A DNA stretch of 64,000 nt from Macrostomum hystrix (GCA_950097015.1 CATNEN010000005.1:1426001-1490000), one strand, 5' to 3'. Shown: positions 1 through 13,400, numbered from the stretch's first letter. Numbers and translations are program-made. Notes: generated by a model not told the origin, from the letters alone.

Positions 1-172
1 CTATCTGGGGATCTAGATTTGAGCAGGGGATAATCCTATCTGGGGATCTAGATTTGAGCAGAGGATAGTCCTATCTGGGGATCTAGATTTGAGAATGGGA
101 TAATCCTATCTGGGAATCAAGATTTGAGCAGGGTATAATCCTATTTGGGGATCAAGATTTGAGAAGGGGTTG
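1..172. repeat. 35-bp minisatellite, about 4.8 copies, probably continuing left of the window
   Basis: Unit ctatctggggatctagatttgagcaggggataatc restarts at 1, 36, 71, 106 and 141. Confidence 0.9.
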
Positions 173-493
173 TCTGCACTATTACACTATTGAAACAGTG
201 AAAAAGTCAGCTATATTTTTCGCTGTCGGTAGCGCATTAAAGACACGGGGAAAAGTTGTCATATTGACGCTAACATGCACCTGCTGCCTCTCACAATTCA
301 ATCGATAAAATGGGGGAATACTTTTTCAGGGTACGGAATTTCTTTTCCATCTATGAGCTATCACTACTCAAGGAATTATCATTTATCCTATCACTTAAGC
401 AAGAAAATGATAGATACCTTATACAAACTATAAACCTTCTATAATAGCAATAATTACAGTAAGTAATAACTAAACGAGTATAAATAATATAAT

Positions 494-660
494 GGGTTGC
501 AGCCTAGTGGTTAGAGCGTCTTTAAGGTCGGAGGTTCGATTCCCGAATCCACTGGTTACAATTTGTTTCCCTTATCAAGACTAATTAATCTGTATTGATT
601 CAGTTCACGCAGCTGTTAAATGAGGGTGGGTGTGGCGTGCCCCCAGTCCATGGACTGACA
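494..660 (+). mobile_element. tRNA-derived SINE, degenerate
   Basis: A-box-like TAGTGGTTAGAGC at 505-517 and B-box GGTTCGATTCCC at 533-544. The following body (...cccttatcaagac...cagctgttaaatgag) resembles the body of the SINE at 31510-31785. Confidence 0.6.
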
Positions 661-1431
661 GCCGTACGCAGACATTGCATGTGTCACTTAGTAATTTAAT
701 AGAGATAATAAAAAAAGTAAACTTTGAAACTTCTAGCTCGTAAACTAGAAAAGATAATTAATCTATGAGTGGTTGCTTTGACAACATATAATTGTGCAGA
801 ATACGTTCTAAATCTCCTCCTGTAGCAGTTGATTGAACACATATATGGCTAGTTGCTGAGGTCATATCATGCTTTATTAGAACACGCACATCGTGTGTGC
901 TTAGTAGTTATAAAGTTTGGATAAATCTCTAATTAACTATCTATAGTATATTCGGCTGCTACCTGGTTAATGTTATACATTATGTGTTCATTTTTTCTGA
1001 CGTATTGGTGATCCTGTGTGTACTACAAGTGTGGTCAAGTGTCCATATGCACACAGATAGACACACACACACGCACACACACACACTTAGCAGGACTAAA
1101 TACGAGTACTAACACTGAGTTAGCTCATCGGGACCAAAGTTCTTATTGGGTGCAACACTGCTTTGCTAAATGCTCATTATCACTCATGCATGCTTCATTA
1201 ATGATAGAGAACTTCTATAATAATACAGCTCCTGATGAGAAACATTATTAGATTTGATCGGCCAATTCACTTACAAAGACAAAGTTGAAAGTGAATTTTA
1301 ACACGAATTTCGTTTGATGCAGGGGTCTAAAACTATCATGAAAGATTTTCGGGTTAAAATTTGGATTTTTATGCAAAATTTGGCAAATCAAGAGACTAAT
1401 GAATTGCAATGTGCGGACAACTGAAATAAGC

Positions 1432-2404
1432 GATGGGATAGGGATGATGGGATGGGATAGGGTAATAGGACGGGATAGGGGTGATGGGATGGAATAGGGG
1501 TGATGGGATGGGATAGGGGTGATGGGATGGGATAGGGTAATAGGACGGGATAGGGGTGATGGGATGGAATAGGGGTGATGGGATGGGATAGGGGTGATGG
1601 GATTGGATAGGGGTGATGGGATGGGATAGGGGTGATGGGATGGAATAGGGGTGATGGTATGGGATAGGGGTGATGGGATGGGATAGGGGTGATGGGATGG
1701 GGTAGGAATGATGGGATGGGTAGGGGTGATGGGATGGGATAGGGGTGATGGGATGGGGTAGGGGTGATGGTATGGGATAGGGGTGATGGGATGGAATAGG
1801 GGTGATGGGATGGGATAGGGGTGATGGGATGGGATAGAAGTGATGGGATGGGATTGAGGTGATGGGATGGGATAGGGGTGATGGGTTGGGATAGGGGTGA
1901 TGGGATGGGATTGAGGTAATGGGATGGGATAGGTGTGATGGGTTGGGATAGGGGTGATGGGATGGGATTGAGGTAATGGGATGTGATAGGGGTGATGGGT
2001 TGGGATAGGGGTGATAAGATGGGATAGGGGTGATGGGATGGGATAGGGGTGATGGGATGGGAAAGGGGTGATGGGATGGGATAGGGGTGATGGGTTGGGA
2101 TAGGGGTGATAAGATGGGATAGGGGTGATGGGATGGGATAGGGGTGATGGGATGGGATAGGGGTGATGGGTTGGGATAGGGGTGATGGGATGGGATAGGG
2201 GTGATGGGATGGGATAGGGGTGATGGGTTGGGATAGGGGTGATGGGATGGGATTGAGGTAATGGGATGGGATAGGGGTGATGGGTTGGGATAGGGGTGAT
2301 GGGATGGGATTGAGGTAATGGGATGGGATAGGGGTGATGGGTTGGGATAGGGGTGATGGGATGGGATAGGGGTGATGGGATGGGATAGGGGTGATGGGAT
2401 GGGA
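1432..2404 (+). repeat. G-rich 19-bp minisatellite (ggggtgatgggatgggata)n, about 50 copies, with G-quadruplex potential
   Basis: Direct reading. G3-G4 runs are separated by 2-4 nt loops throughout. Confidence 0.95.
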
Positions 2405-3077
2405 GAGTGAGAGGCGTGTAAAACGTAGATCCGCTAAAAGCCTAGCATTTCATTCGGTTAATTTTAAATTAATTTTTGCTGCAAGATTTCTGGCCGTCCT
2501 TTTGTACCGAACAGTTTTTAGTCAATCGTTTTTAAAGCCAGCATGATTATCTGATAGCGCCAAAGAGTCATTTTCGATCAGCATGAAATCTAAATCATAT
2601 TTTTATACGGTAAAATAGGATTCTAAAAAATAACAAATATAATTCTATGAAAAACCACTGAAAGGTCGTTTAATTTAGATTTCAGAAGAATAAGCATTGT
2701 GCTCACAAGTGAAACTCTAAATAATGGATCTATGCGAGCTGCTTTTGTTTTTCTCTGTTAATTTTATGATGAAGGTGAGAGTGCCACAGGAAAAAATCTG
2801 ATTATAAAAATAATAGGAAGATTTTCAAACGGAAGAAAACAATTTCGTAATACTAAAAAGGCAAAAATTATAGGAAATTAGCAAAATTTTGTTTATTTGA
2901 TTCCATTCACCATAATCAGTCAGGAAATTTAGGATATTAGGAAAAATATCCCAATCAATTTCAACCCTCGATACGCCAGGTGATATTGCGGTTAAATCAC
3001 ATAATTATTCTCAATTACGACTGTTTGATGTTAAATTGTTGCTAAAAATCGTGAAAGTTTATTGAATTTTTATAAGA

Positions 3078-3189
3078 ATTGCAGGAGGGCTCCAGGTGAT
3101 GGCGGGGGTGACACTAGACATGCAGCCAGCGAACTTAGGCTCAGTGACGCGAGAGTCAAACGCGCGTAACCGCTCTGCCACCGGCCCCC
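3078..3189 (-). mobile_element. tRNA-derived SINE of a second family; related copies at 37780-37918 (-) and 46520-46670 (+)
   Basis: The minus strand reads ggggccggTGGCAGAGCGGttacgcgcgtttgactctcgc...gctggctgcatgtctagtgtca...gccatcacctggagccctcctgcaatt. Head and tail match 46520-46670. Confidence 0.65.
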
Positions 3190-3617
3190 ACCATGATTAG
3201 AGAATTTATGTGTAAAATTCTAATACAATAAATTATACGATTAATATAAACTCAGTTGCTTTGCAAGTACTGATAATGCGGATTATTTTATTTGAGTATA
3301 TTAAGATATATGAGAGCAGAGAGAGGAGGGGAGTGATGCAGAGCAGACTCTGCATTGACACTGTTAGTTCGTTCACCATATTTTTAAACGGAGAATGCCA
3401 CCGCTATTTTGATCCAAAAATTGAAATTTTGAGACTATTCTAAAATGTACACAATCCACACTTAACTACTTATAGTACGCAATGCAGAATTTGCAACCTG
3501 CAGCTTGCCCGATAAGATGAGAGTTTTGAGAAGATATGAGGCGGGATACGAGAGGGTTAAATGAACGAGAGAAAGATTTGGGTAAAGAAACGATGGAAAA
3601 AATTGGAAGATAAATCT

Positions 3618-3932
3618 GGGGAAGATTCGGGTAGAGGAACGAGGGTAAGATTCGGGTGGAGGAACCAGGGTAAGATTCGGGTAGAGGAACCAGGGTAAGA
3701 TTCGGGTAGAGGAACGAGGGTAAGATTCGGGTAGAGGAACGAGGGTAAGATTCGGGTAGAGGAACAAGGGTAAGATTCGGGTAGAGGAACGAGGGTAAGA
3801 TTCGGGTGGAGGAACGAGGGTAAGATTCGGGTGGAGGAACGAGGGTAAGATTCGGGTAGAGGAACGAGGGTAAGATTCGGGTGGAGGAACGAGGGTAAGA
3901 TTCAGGTAGAGACACGAGGGGAAGATTGGGTA
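3618..3932. repeat. 25-bp minisatellite (gggtaagattcgggtagaggaacga)n, about 12 copies
   Basis: Direct reading. It explains the repetitive minus-strand ORFs 3462-4137. Confidence 0.9.
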
Positions 3933-3934
3933 CT

Positions 3935-4700
3935 GGAACGTCGCGTTGTAAGCAGGACGGTCTCGACCAACGCCTGAAACAGCGTCGCCATCTGGCGGTC
4001 ACGTGGGCCGCGAGCTGCAAGATAACCCTCACAGAACGGAAGGTTACCAGGCAAGCCCGCGGCCGCAGATTGTCGCGGACGTCCGGCACCAGACCACCGA
4101 GGTAGGTGAACTGTTGACAGCGCGGGATATCCGTCACCTGCCCGTCAGCGCCTTGGCAGAAGATTGTGGTGTCGCCCGGCAGAGCACGATGGTCTTTTGC
4201 GTGTTGACCACCAGGCAGCTACGCTCGCAGTAACGGCAACCAGCTTGTCCAGCTGCCGCTGGGCGTCGAGGACAGCAGGGCGAGATCGAAAGCCTTCCTG
4301 AAAAAAATGAAGATCAGAATGAGGGTCAACTAGCCGATGCGCGCTTCCTCGATGACTCGGCGAAGAGCTAGGATCTGCGCCACTGTTCCGCGATGGGGGC
4401 GGAACCCGTTCTGCTCAGGCCGCAGGTAGGGATCTAGCATGGGTTGGAATTGCGAAAACTGCATCCGGTTGAACAGCTTCGCTGCGCATGACCAGGCAGA
4501 TGCGCTGTCCACGGCGGCTTGCTGCCGCTGCGCGTAGACAATTTCAAGGGCCACTTCCACCTCGCGTGTAGGTCGCCTGCTCAAACGGAGCCTCTCAAGC
4601 TCTTCCCTCGCTTGATGGATCGAAGGGTCGCTCTGCCAGACCGGCTGCCCACGTTTGGGCCGGTCGCATCAGCGACTCCGCTTGCTCCTCCCCGACGACG
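3935..4700 (-). mobile_element. Internally deleted, frameshifted RTE-like non-LTR retrotransposon RT remnant
   Basis: Minus-strand fragments SCAAKLFNRM..LDPYLRPEQNGFRPHRGTVAQILALRRVIEEAR, IFFRKAFD, VVNTQKTIV, QFTYLGG and LFQALVETVLL appear in RT-to-thumb order with large gaps and frame changes. Confidence 0.75.
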
Positions 4701-6465
4701 ACGAGAAGGAGACGACGACGACGATGAGAAACTCTTGCTGCCCATTCATTCCGCCGTGGGTCAGCGGTATGAGCGGTATTGCCTCCTCGCTGGCTGCATG
4801 CGGATTCGGCTGTCATCTGAGCTTAGTTGGGCTCAGCAGGTAAGATCAGCAAATTCAGCAAAGAAAAAAGAATGGAAGAGATAACAAACGAAAGGTTCCA
4901 TTCCGAAATCGCTAACGTCACGCAGAATAAAAATATTCTCTGCTTCCCAGCTTAAGGCTTGAATCAAAGACCAGTAATCTTTGAAGCCGCCTGCAGTCAA
5001 CATCTGCGCCTCTTTCTGAATCGCTGGATCAGGTGCACAAAATATTTTTTATCAAAAAGGTAATCCAGCGCGTCTGAAGCGACTTAATTTTTCACACCAG
5101 CTTGTGACGCAGTCGAAACATAGGGCGATCGGACTGCATAGTCTATGCGTGAGCATGAGCTGCTAGGCTGGTTGCAACGAAGAACAATTGCATGATTGCG
5201 AATATTATTTCTGCTTGCTTTCCAAACGCCGAGTTCGCTGTCTTTTCCTTTGGCTAGAAAACAATTATCCGAATCGGGTGCAGCTGCTCACTGCATGCAC
5301 CTGGTTCGAAGGAAAGTCTTATTTAAGAGGGACTACCGAGCCGCTACCGCTCTAATGCTAGAAATTGTTCCTCATCGAAACATTCAATAACAATGCTAGA
5401 TTTCAAGTGTCTATTTCCGCTTCAGGTTTTTCTCTGTCTGGCGTTGTCAGCTCAAGGTGAGTTTAGCTAAAAGCTTCATGTTCTCGTATTCGTATTCTTA
5501 ATATTCAAAATTAAACCTCACAATTTCAGAACAATCTTCGTTTCCAATTGAATCTGCCGACACGATAAAAATTATCAACCTAAATGATAATGAAGCAGTC
5601 GCTCTCATTGTGTACAAGAGTAGGCCGCCGACGCAGCTACCTACCCAGAACCAGGCCGCACAGACTAAGCAGCAAGCGACAACAGACAATCCGATGGCCG
5701 AGATGCAGCTACAGGCGACGTCGAACCAGCCGCTGATGAAGATCCGACTATCAATTACAGCTGAGCAACAGATGAAGCCAGAGACGACCAGAAAGCAGCC
5801 AATAAATGAGCAACAGACGCAGATGAAAAAGCAAGAGATAGTGGCCAAGCCCCCAACTGCCCAGACACGAATGCCGTCACAGCCGCAGCCGCAGCAAAAA
5901 CCGCGGCATCGTCCATGGTTAGGAAGTGTATTTCCTCGACTGAGAATCTGAGAACAATGTGATTGACTTCCACGCCTCGAGACTCGAATGTTGGCTTCAA
6001 AACAGGAAAAATAACTACTTTTCCAGACCTGATCCGCCACCATTAAATACAGACAAGAAATTGATTTGCAATTAAAAAATGTCGTGGTTGCTTCTTAACT
6101 TTTTTACTCGAAATTCAAGCTATGAAATAGCAAGCTTATGATAAAGTCCTGTCACATTAGGATACATACAACAACTGCTTCCTAAGAGTAATGTTGCAAT
6201 TAAGCCCACAAAATAAAAAAACCGATGCGTATATTGACGTTAGACACTTAAAATTAGAAGACGATTGAGCTTGTGAAGCTTGGGAATAAAATGAGCGCCT
6301 ATTTTATCACTGCTTTATTCGCATTATCCTTTAGGCTGTGTGTTACCCAAGCCATGGAATTCCTATATACAGTTAGTTAAGTGCAGCGAAACAAATGCCT
6401 TATGTACGCACAGGAATATTAAGTCTAGATAAAAAAATCGATCAGACCAGCTCTTACACCTAACG

Positions 6466-6570
6466 GCCGTGGACTAGCCGGCCCCAGCTCACGGTAAAAA
6501 TTAGACGGCTAGCCCAGGTCACCTCACCGTGCCATGAGTCCGGCTAGACGAGTGCAGCTCATGAGCTCCC
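6466..6570 (+). repeat. Palindrome-rich ~105-bp element with two bipartite motifs; diverged inverted partner at 31875-31983
   Basis: ggccgtggactagccggccccagctcacg...ctagcc...ctca...tgag...ggctagacgagtgcagctcatgagc aligns by eye to the reverse complement of 31875-31983. Confidence 0.6.
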
Positions 6571-6859
6571 TGTGGGAACGTGAAGCGTGGGAACCCCATG
6601 ATGAAGCGTGGTTGGCTGGGAGGGGTTGTTTACGCGAACTTGGGAACGAACTAGACGATGGTGCCATACATCCCTATTTGAGCGGGGGACAAAGGGGAAC
6701 GAGCTGTTTTTCCTCTTCCCACCAAAACTCGAATAGTAAAGAGCTCGTCGAGTCAAAACTTCAAATCTAATTCTATATACTATACTAGCTAGAATTGTTA
6801 AATAGAAACCTTTTTTATTAGCTCAAATAAGAACTGACAGGTAAGCCAAGTTTAGGTGC

Positions 6860-7201
6860 CCATGTCGGTTTAATATTTTCGTATTTGTAATAATGTATTG
6901 TAAGAGTTTGTGGCATGTCAAAATCAATCCATATTTGTTATTTGACCCATGTCAGTTTAATATTTTCGTATTTGTAATAATGTATTGTAAGAGTTTGTGG
7001 CATGTCAAAATCAATCCATATTTGTTATTTGACCCATGTCAGTTTAATATTTTCGTATTTGTAATAATGTATTGTAAGAGTTTGTGGCATGTCAAAATCA
7101 ATCCATATTTGTTATTTGACCCATGTCAGTTTAATATTTTCGTATTTGTAATAATGTATTGTAAGAGTTTGTGGCATGTCAAAATCAATCCATATTTGTT
7201 A
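6860..7201. repeat. 87-bp AT-rich tandem repeat, about 3.9 near-identical copies
   Basis: Unit cccatgtcagtttaatattttcgtatttgtaat...ccatatttgttatttga; produces the 29-aa periodic ORF 6893-7246. Confidence 0.9.
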
Positions 7202-9352
7202 CTGCTGTATAATAATCTACATAGTTGGAAATTGCTGGTATTATAAATATTACTATCAATATTTATAGTAGTAATAGCTCATTAATGCTGCCTGCTAAAC
7301 AAGCTTTTCATGCAGATCTAAACAGTGGCATACATAGCCTAGAAATCCATTCCAGGGGTCATTACTGTCTCGGGTGTCACGGCAAGCTCATGCTGATAAT
7401 TTTCGCTAATTTTTGGTGCTCAGAATTCTGTTGAGTAATTGTAATGGGGCTCCAACCCCTCAGCCACATAGATCGTCACAGCGTCACCTATCCTATATGC
7501 AGAGGATAGGCCACCCTCTCCCATTCAAATGCACGCTCTCCTATTTCCCCTGTGTTAGGCAGATTTCTGGTAACCCATACTACTAGTGTTCGGCTACTAG
7601 TAGCTAGTATGACCCCCTCGCCTACGCCATTCAGATCAAGGTGTCAAATCTTAGATAGTCCAACTCTTAATCACCCACACTGCACCCACACCTGCAGCCC
7701 GGAGAAATATGTAACATGCCCTGTGGCCTGTGACTATGACCTGTTAAGAGTGCCTTCAAGGAAGTGAATATTTCAGTCAAACCAATACAGAAAAGTTGCG
7801 ACACAGACTACTAGATGAGGAGTAGTATCAACTGTTAGCCGTTCTTACTCTGCATCTGGCGCAGGAGAAAAGGGGAATGACGGAGAGATCGGGAGAGAGA
7901 GCAGATGAAAAAAGCACTGTGGAAAGCGGCAGAATTTGAATGTAATTGAAAGTTAGAAACAGGAACAGCCTCTATTTGTCAAAGTCAGTGTGTTAAATAT
8001 AAGGAAAATGCCTGACCATAGCGGGCATGTCTCCTCGAGGCTGATGTAGAGAGGAGAATCTGAGAATCACATGGAATCGAGTCCTCGTTTAATTATTGTT
8101 ATTAGCATGTAGCATTAATAGAATGGGACCATATAGGGCCAAAACACCTGTTTATAAAAAATGAGGGCCATTGCATTTGAATTCACATTGAACTGTAACT
8201 TTCACAAAAGCAATCAATATTTTTATAGATATTAACTCACGCTCGTCCAAAGAGTCGAGCTGCAGGCTGATAGTAGCTAGCTCTGAGAGCAAAAGTATTG
8301 CAGTAACTTGAGGCTTGCCTAGAACCAGACAATGGCAGTTTGACAGCATAGACCTAGTCGTCCATTAGAGTCCATAATGTTGACAAGCGAACAGTCAGGC
8401 AGCAAGCAAGGCAGGCTGGAAATGTTTGAGGAAAATGTATTAGTATCAATATTTAGTGCAAAAACTGAAAACCATGATTAAACTGTGATTACCTCTTTAA
8501 AAGTTGAAAAAACTCAAAGCTTGTGAAATGTGTGCAGCATGTGTTTTGACTAGGGCCTGTTAAGAGTACCTTCAAGGAAATGAATATATCAGTCCCACTG
8601 GTAGCTATAGAATACTTAAATAGCTGTTCCAAGACCAAAAAATTCACCATGCCCATGCTAAATAATTCCTGAAGAAAAAGTTTCAAAGTAGAACTAATTT
8701 TCAAGTTAAGAATTCGAAATTGTATTTCATGAATTTTTTATGCTTTTTCCTATTAATAGCAATGGTGACATGTTACAGTTTTGGATTTTCTAACTTGACC
8801 ATTTTGTGGCCCTATAATATGGTATTACTTGACATGCCTATAGACTCCAAAAATATATAGTTTGCCAATGAAGTGTAGGTAAATAGTTCATGTGACAGAC
8901 ATTTGATTTACATATTGCTAAAAACTTAATTTTAGATGGGACCTACTAGCGGCAATGAATTTCTTCGAAAGAAGGGCTGTGCTAGTAAGTGTTTTATATA
9001 CAGTAAGATTTAAAGGAATTTGGCATTTCTACACCTACGAACTTGGTTTTTGTTCAGAATTGTACAGCTGACTGGAAAAAGGAAAAGGGCAGCTTTCTTA
9101 GTTTCTAAAAAATGGGTGACTGCCTTAAAAACTTGGTAAATATGCTTTCATGCATAATGCTGGTTTGGGTGTTAATTTTTCATTTTATATTTAAACAGTT
9201 AATTCAGTGATGGTGTTGTTCTCTCCCCTGAGGTCAAGGGGAGATTACCTTAAGCATGGCCTCACTTTTAATTCTTGCAGTTCTGGACAAAAGCCTAGTT
9301 TAGTGGAAATCTCGTTTAAATATTTTTAATATCATATACTTCTTCATTTCAG

Positions 9353-10488
9353 CTTGGACTTCAGCATTGCTAGAGAAGTATAGGGGTCTAAGTATAGCAA
9401 AAAAAGAACGACTAAGAAAAGCTGCTAAAAATCGACCTCGCCCAATTAAAAGAATCATTCAGGACTTGGACAAACATAAAGAAACTTACATTGTTATTAG
9501 AATTACTGAACATGACAGAGCCATTTATCACTGTTCTAAAGATGTCACTGGCACTTTGAGTGGACAGGTCCAAGAAGCATGTAGTTCTATTGTTGATTTT
9601 ATAAGAGCAGATAAGCAAGCGCAACACAGGCTTCAAAATTTGCAGCAGCTTCCTCAAACAGAAGGAAAGTTTGAAGAAATTATTAAAAAGGGTGTTGTCT
9701 ACATGCGCAAAGAGCTTAGTAAAATAGCTAAGGACGCTTATGAAAGGGCAGGCAACTCTGGTGCAATTCAATGGGCACTTATAGCTTCTGATTTAGCTAC
9801 AGGTCAGAAGAAAGGGCCAGGACGTTTTATTCCCAACTTCTCTTCACCCCATAATCTTAACCAACAGCAATGTGTTGCACAATTTCAGGCAATTTCTGAT
9901 CATGGTGAAGTGAAATTCTGGTCTCATTCAGAATGGAATGAGAGAAATGTAGCACCTACAATTAGCACAGAAGGTACTCTGGCAAACCAAAATCAAGCAT
10001 TGCTTGTTGGCATGCAAGGTACTAGTGCAAATGGTAATGATTCTGCAATAGTGGCTACACAGCAAAATGACTATGCTGCTGAGGCTGAGATAAGCCTCAA
10101 TGAAGAATGTAGTCAAAGTGCAGAAGCATCACAAAGTAATGTCAATGATATTACCAGTCTCAACAATACTACTTCAAAAATCAATAGTATTGACAATTTA
10201 TTCCAAAATCCAGACGCTTATTTAGAAGACATTCATTTGCAGCAACTTAGAAGTTCTCAAAATCAAGTAATACATAGTCACCTACGTCTTGCTCAGTTTT
10301 CGCAGAATTATTACCCAGGTATGTTATTGCCACAAGAAATACAGATATCTGAGTCTCAAGTACCTCCTCAGGTACCTTTACAATTTTCATTACCAAGCCT
10401 GTCACATATGACACAGCAAAGTGCTGCTGAAGAACATGTTATCTCACAACAGCCAAACAGTAGGACAGTCCATCTTTTTCCTAGATAG
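9353..10488 (+). CDS. Large orphan exon (~378 codons): basic helical N-terminal half and Gln/Ser/Asn-rich tail; possibly a transposon accessory gene
   Basis: 1.1-kb open frame in AT-rich DNA starting after the acceptor cttcttcatttcag (ends 9352), with no ATG at its start. No family recognised. Confidence 0.5.
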
Positions 10489-11839
10489 ACTAGACTGCAA
10501 ATTGTTAAATAAAACAGTCAGTATATTGCACTTTATAGATGTGCTATTAAAATCAATGAGGATAATGTACATTGCACTCTTTAGAAGTGCTGTAAGCCTC
10601 AGTAGAAAGCTTTTTAATGTAGATTGATATAGCTATTATGTGCTGTATTCATTTTAACCACTTGCATTTAACATAGTGCTGTGAAGCTAAAGTCTTAAAA
10701 ACTGACCAAAGCTCTGAATACCTTGCACTCAAAATCTATGGGCACTTCTGGAAACCTTCTCGCTTGGCAAAAATGGATAAAAATATAGGTAGGGTCAGCT
10801 GTCAACTCACTATTTAAATCTGAGATCCATATTTGCCATCTGGTGTGCCTGATAATCTTTTGTATACAGCTATTTTGCTACTATACAAGGTGAGATCCTT
10901 GTGTTTTAGCATTATAAAATGTTTACAATAGAGAGCCAATTCCAGTTAAAAAATTAACAATATCTATTATATTTTACATGTAAATCAAAAGCACACACTC
11001 CATTACAAAAAAATATTTTCATATGTGTTCAATGTGGTCTATGACAACAACAGCAGCACTGATTATAGCTAGTTATGTCTTAATATAAATATTTATTCCA
11101 TCCTTAAACTGAAAGAATTCCTCTAGCCAAATAGGGTTGTAATTGTAACATTTATTCCAAAAAATCATATATTAGCTAAATTTAAGCTAAGAAATTTGTT
11201 TCTTCATATAGGACTACCTACTTCTGTTCTGTCCTCTTCAAAAGAGACTTAAATTTTTTAAAGATTCACATAGGGCATAGCTATAGCTATGCTATAGCAA
11301 ATGTTTACAAGAAACTCACAGATAGTTTACACAAATGATATATATATGTGATCCTACATTACTACTGTTTGTTGTATCTGACTTTCTATCTAATTTTTAA
11401 TATAACAATTCGATCTTTATTGCGAATTTTTTGATGCAGAAACCAAATTAATTGTCCTTCTATGCATGATATTAGATCATTGGTATATTAAAGTGATAGA
11501 CTTTACCCAACTTTTAGAGTAAAATTTAAACTTACTAGTAAATATTTAAGAATTTGATGAAGAAAATCAAGTATGATTATCTTAAACAATAAAGCTATTA
11601 AGTGGCAAAGTTTTGGTATTTTCTTAGAAAAGAAAAACTCTTTTATGTGTCCAAAGAGGCCAGGTAATATTTGAACTGACAAACTCACCTATAACTTACA
11701 TATACTGCTATAGCTACCTCACCGTTGTTTACTGGTACAACACTTCCTTGAATCATGTTTGTTAATTTCCAAGAAACATAATTTGCGTGATTAACGAGTT
11801 TGGCAATACATAATTTCAGGGTTCAAAGAAAAAATCGGC

Positions 11840-12300
11840 CAATCGGAAAAAGGGTCGGGCCGACGCCCGTCCCTTGCGGGCCCCGCCCCGCCCCCCGCCA
11901 CCGCCAACGCTGCCATCGCCACCGCCATCGCCGCCACCGTCCAGGCCGGCCACCAGGGCTTCTTATGCCCGGGTGGCCGGCGCTCCCCCCCCCGATCCCG
12001 ACCCAGCCTGCCCCTGCCCCAGTCCGCCCTCTTCTCCCCGCCCAACCCAACCTTCCAGCCCGCCCCATCCCTCCTCAACCCAACCCAGGCCCACAACCCA
12101 CCCTCACCACCCCTGCCCCAGTCGGCCAACCGCCCCGTCCAGCCCGCCCCATCCCTCCTCAACCCAACCCAGGCCCACAACCCACCCTCACCACCCCTGC
12201 CCCAGTCGGCCAACCCCCCCTTCCAGCCCGTCCCATCCCTCCCCAAGCCAACCCAGGCCCAGCCCACCCTCCCCCCCATCTCCAACAGCAGCAGAGTCGC
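11840..12300. repeat. C-rich low-complexity region with 2-3 copies of a ~90-bp unit
   Basis: ccagcccgccccatccctcctcaacccaacccaggcccacaacccaccctcaccacccctgccccagtcggccaacc recurs from about 12055 and 12140. Confidence 0.7.
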
Positions 12301-12464
12301 CGCGGCCGCCCTCATCGGGGAGGCCGCAAGTGGCGAAGTTGGAAGATAAATGTGAGTTTCTGTGCCTTTAATAGTGTTGTTGACAGTGACCCTCCTAACT
12401 CTATAAATTAATTCTTCAGTGCAGTCAATAGCAGGAATATGCATTTATTCGTTGATTCGGGGTT

Positions 12465-13400
12465 TTGGGATTTACAGCTTTGATCCCAGATCCCAAGTCC
12501 TTCTCTGATCCCAAATCCTTCTCCAAAATCCCACTTAGTCAGTTATCGACTTTATCATGCAATCATCCCCGTTCATTAGTTATCCCATTTCATGAGTTAT
12601 CCCCGTTTATCAGTTATACAGTTATACAGGATTGTACTAACAACCGTCCTTGCTCTATATTTTTTGTTTTAAAAATTTGCAGAGAGACAGCGTGCGAGCT
12701 TACCTGCTCCTGATGGAGCAGGTAAAGCTGCGCAGTCTTTCGGCGTATTGCCGAGGGTGAGTTAACTTTTTGTCAATGTTAATTTCACAGCTCATGATGG
12801 AATTCTCTAAATCAATTCAATTACCAGAAGGCCTTGTATTTTGCAGAAATTTTGGATTCATGCCACCGTGGCATTGGCCGGGCCCACCAGGGCCCGGTGG
12901 TGGCGGGATCGCTTTCTGGTGAGTTCTGGGGAAGCAAAAATTTGGAAAAGTCGGTCCAGCCAACAAATTTTCATTCAATTTTCCATTTTCTGTCAATGTG
13001 TGCCTGATCCTGCCTATCTGCCCTGCGTAAATCGGGCAAATTTCATTAGCCACAAGTCTTAGAAAAGAGGAAGAAATGAGCTCCGCTTCCAGTCCAAATT
13101 TTAATTTTAGAATGTGACTAGCAATTAAGCCGCTTCGAGTTATTCAGTTATTCAAAAACTCGTCACTAACTAAATTCGTCACTTCGTCAGATATCCCCTT
13201 CAGCAGCTATCCCCTTTCACCAGTTATCCCTCATCTACAGTTATCCCATATCGGCAGAAATCCCATTTCATCAGATAGCCCACTTCAGGAGTAATCCCAC
13301 TTAACCTGTTATCTTACTTCAGCAGTTATCCAATGTCAGCAGTTATCTAACTTCATCACTAATTCAACTTCTGCAGTTTTCCCAGTGCACAGTTATCCCA
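12465..13400. repeat. Two clusters of degenerate cagttatccc-type ~20-bp repeats (about 12530-12630 and 13185-13400), likely subterminal repeats of a non-autonomous element
   Basis: Repeated agttatcc / agctatcc / agatatcc motifs. Confidence 0.45.

Noticed and set aside
1225-1245. CTGATGA followed by GAAA as a hammerhead ribozyme core
   Set aside because: There is no stem II between the motifs and no pairing for stems I and III.
5498-6043. Gln/Thr-rich and Cys-rich ORFs
   Set aside because: Low-complexity sequence, open on both strands, with no recognisable family or supporting splice sites; I could not choose a frame.
6893-7246. 117-aa periodic hydrophobic ORF
   Set aside because: It is an artefact of the 87-bp AT-rich tandem repeat.
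11791-12444. Pro-rich and Gly/Trp-rich ORFs in several frames
   Set aside because: C-rich low-complexity repeat is open in most frames, with no domain motifs or clear splice structure.
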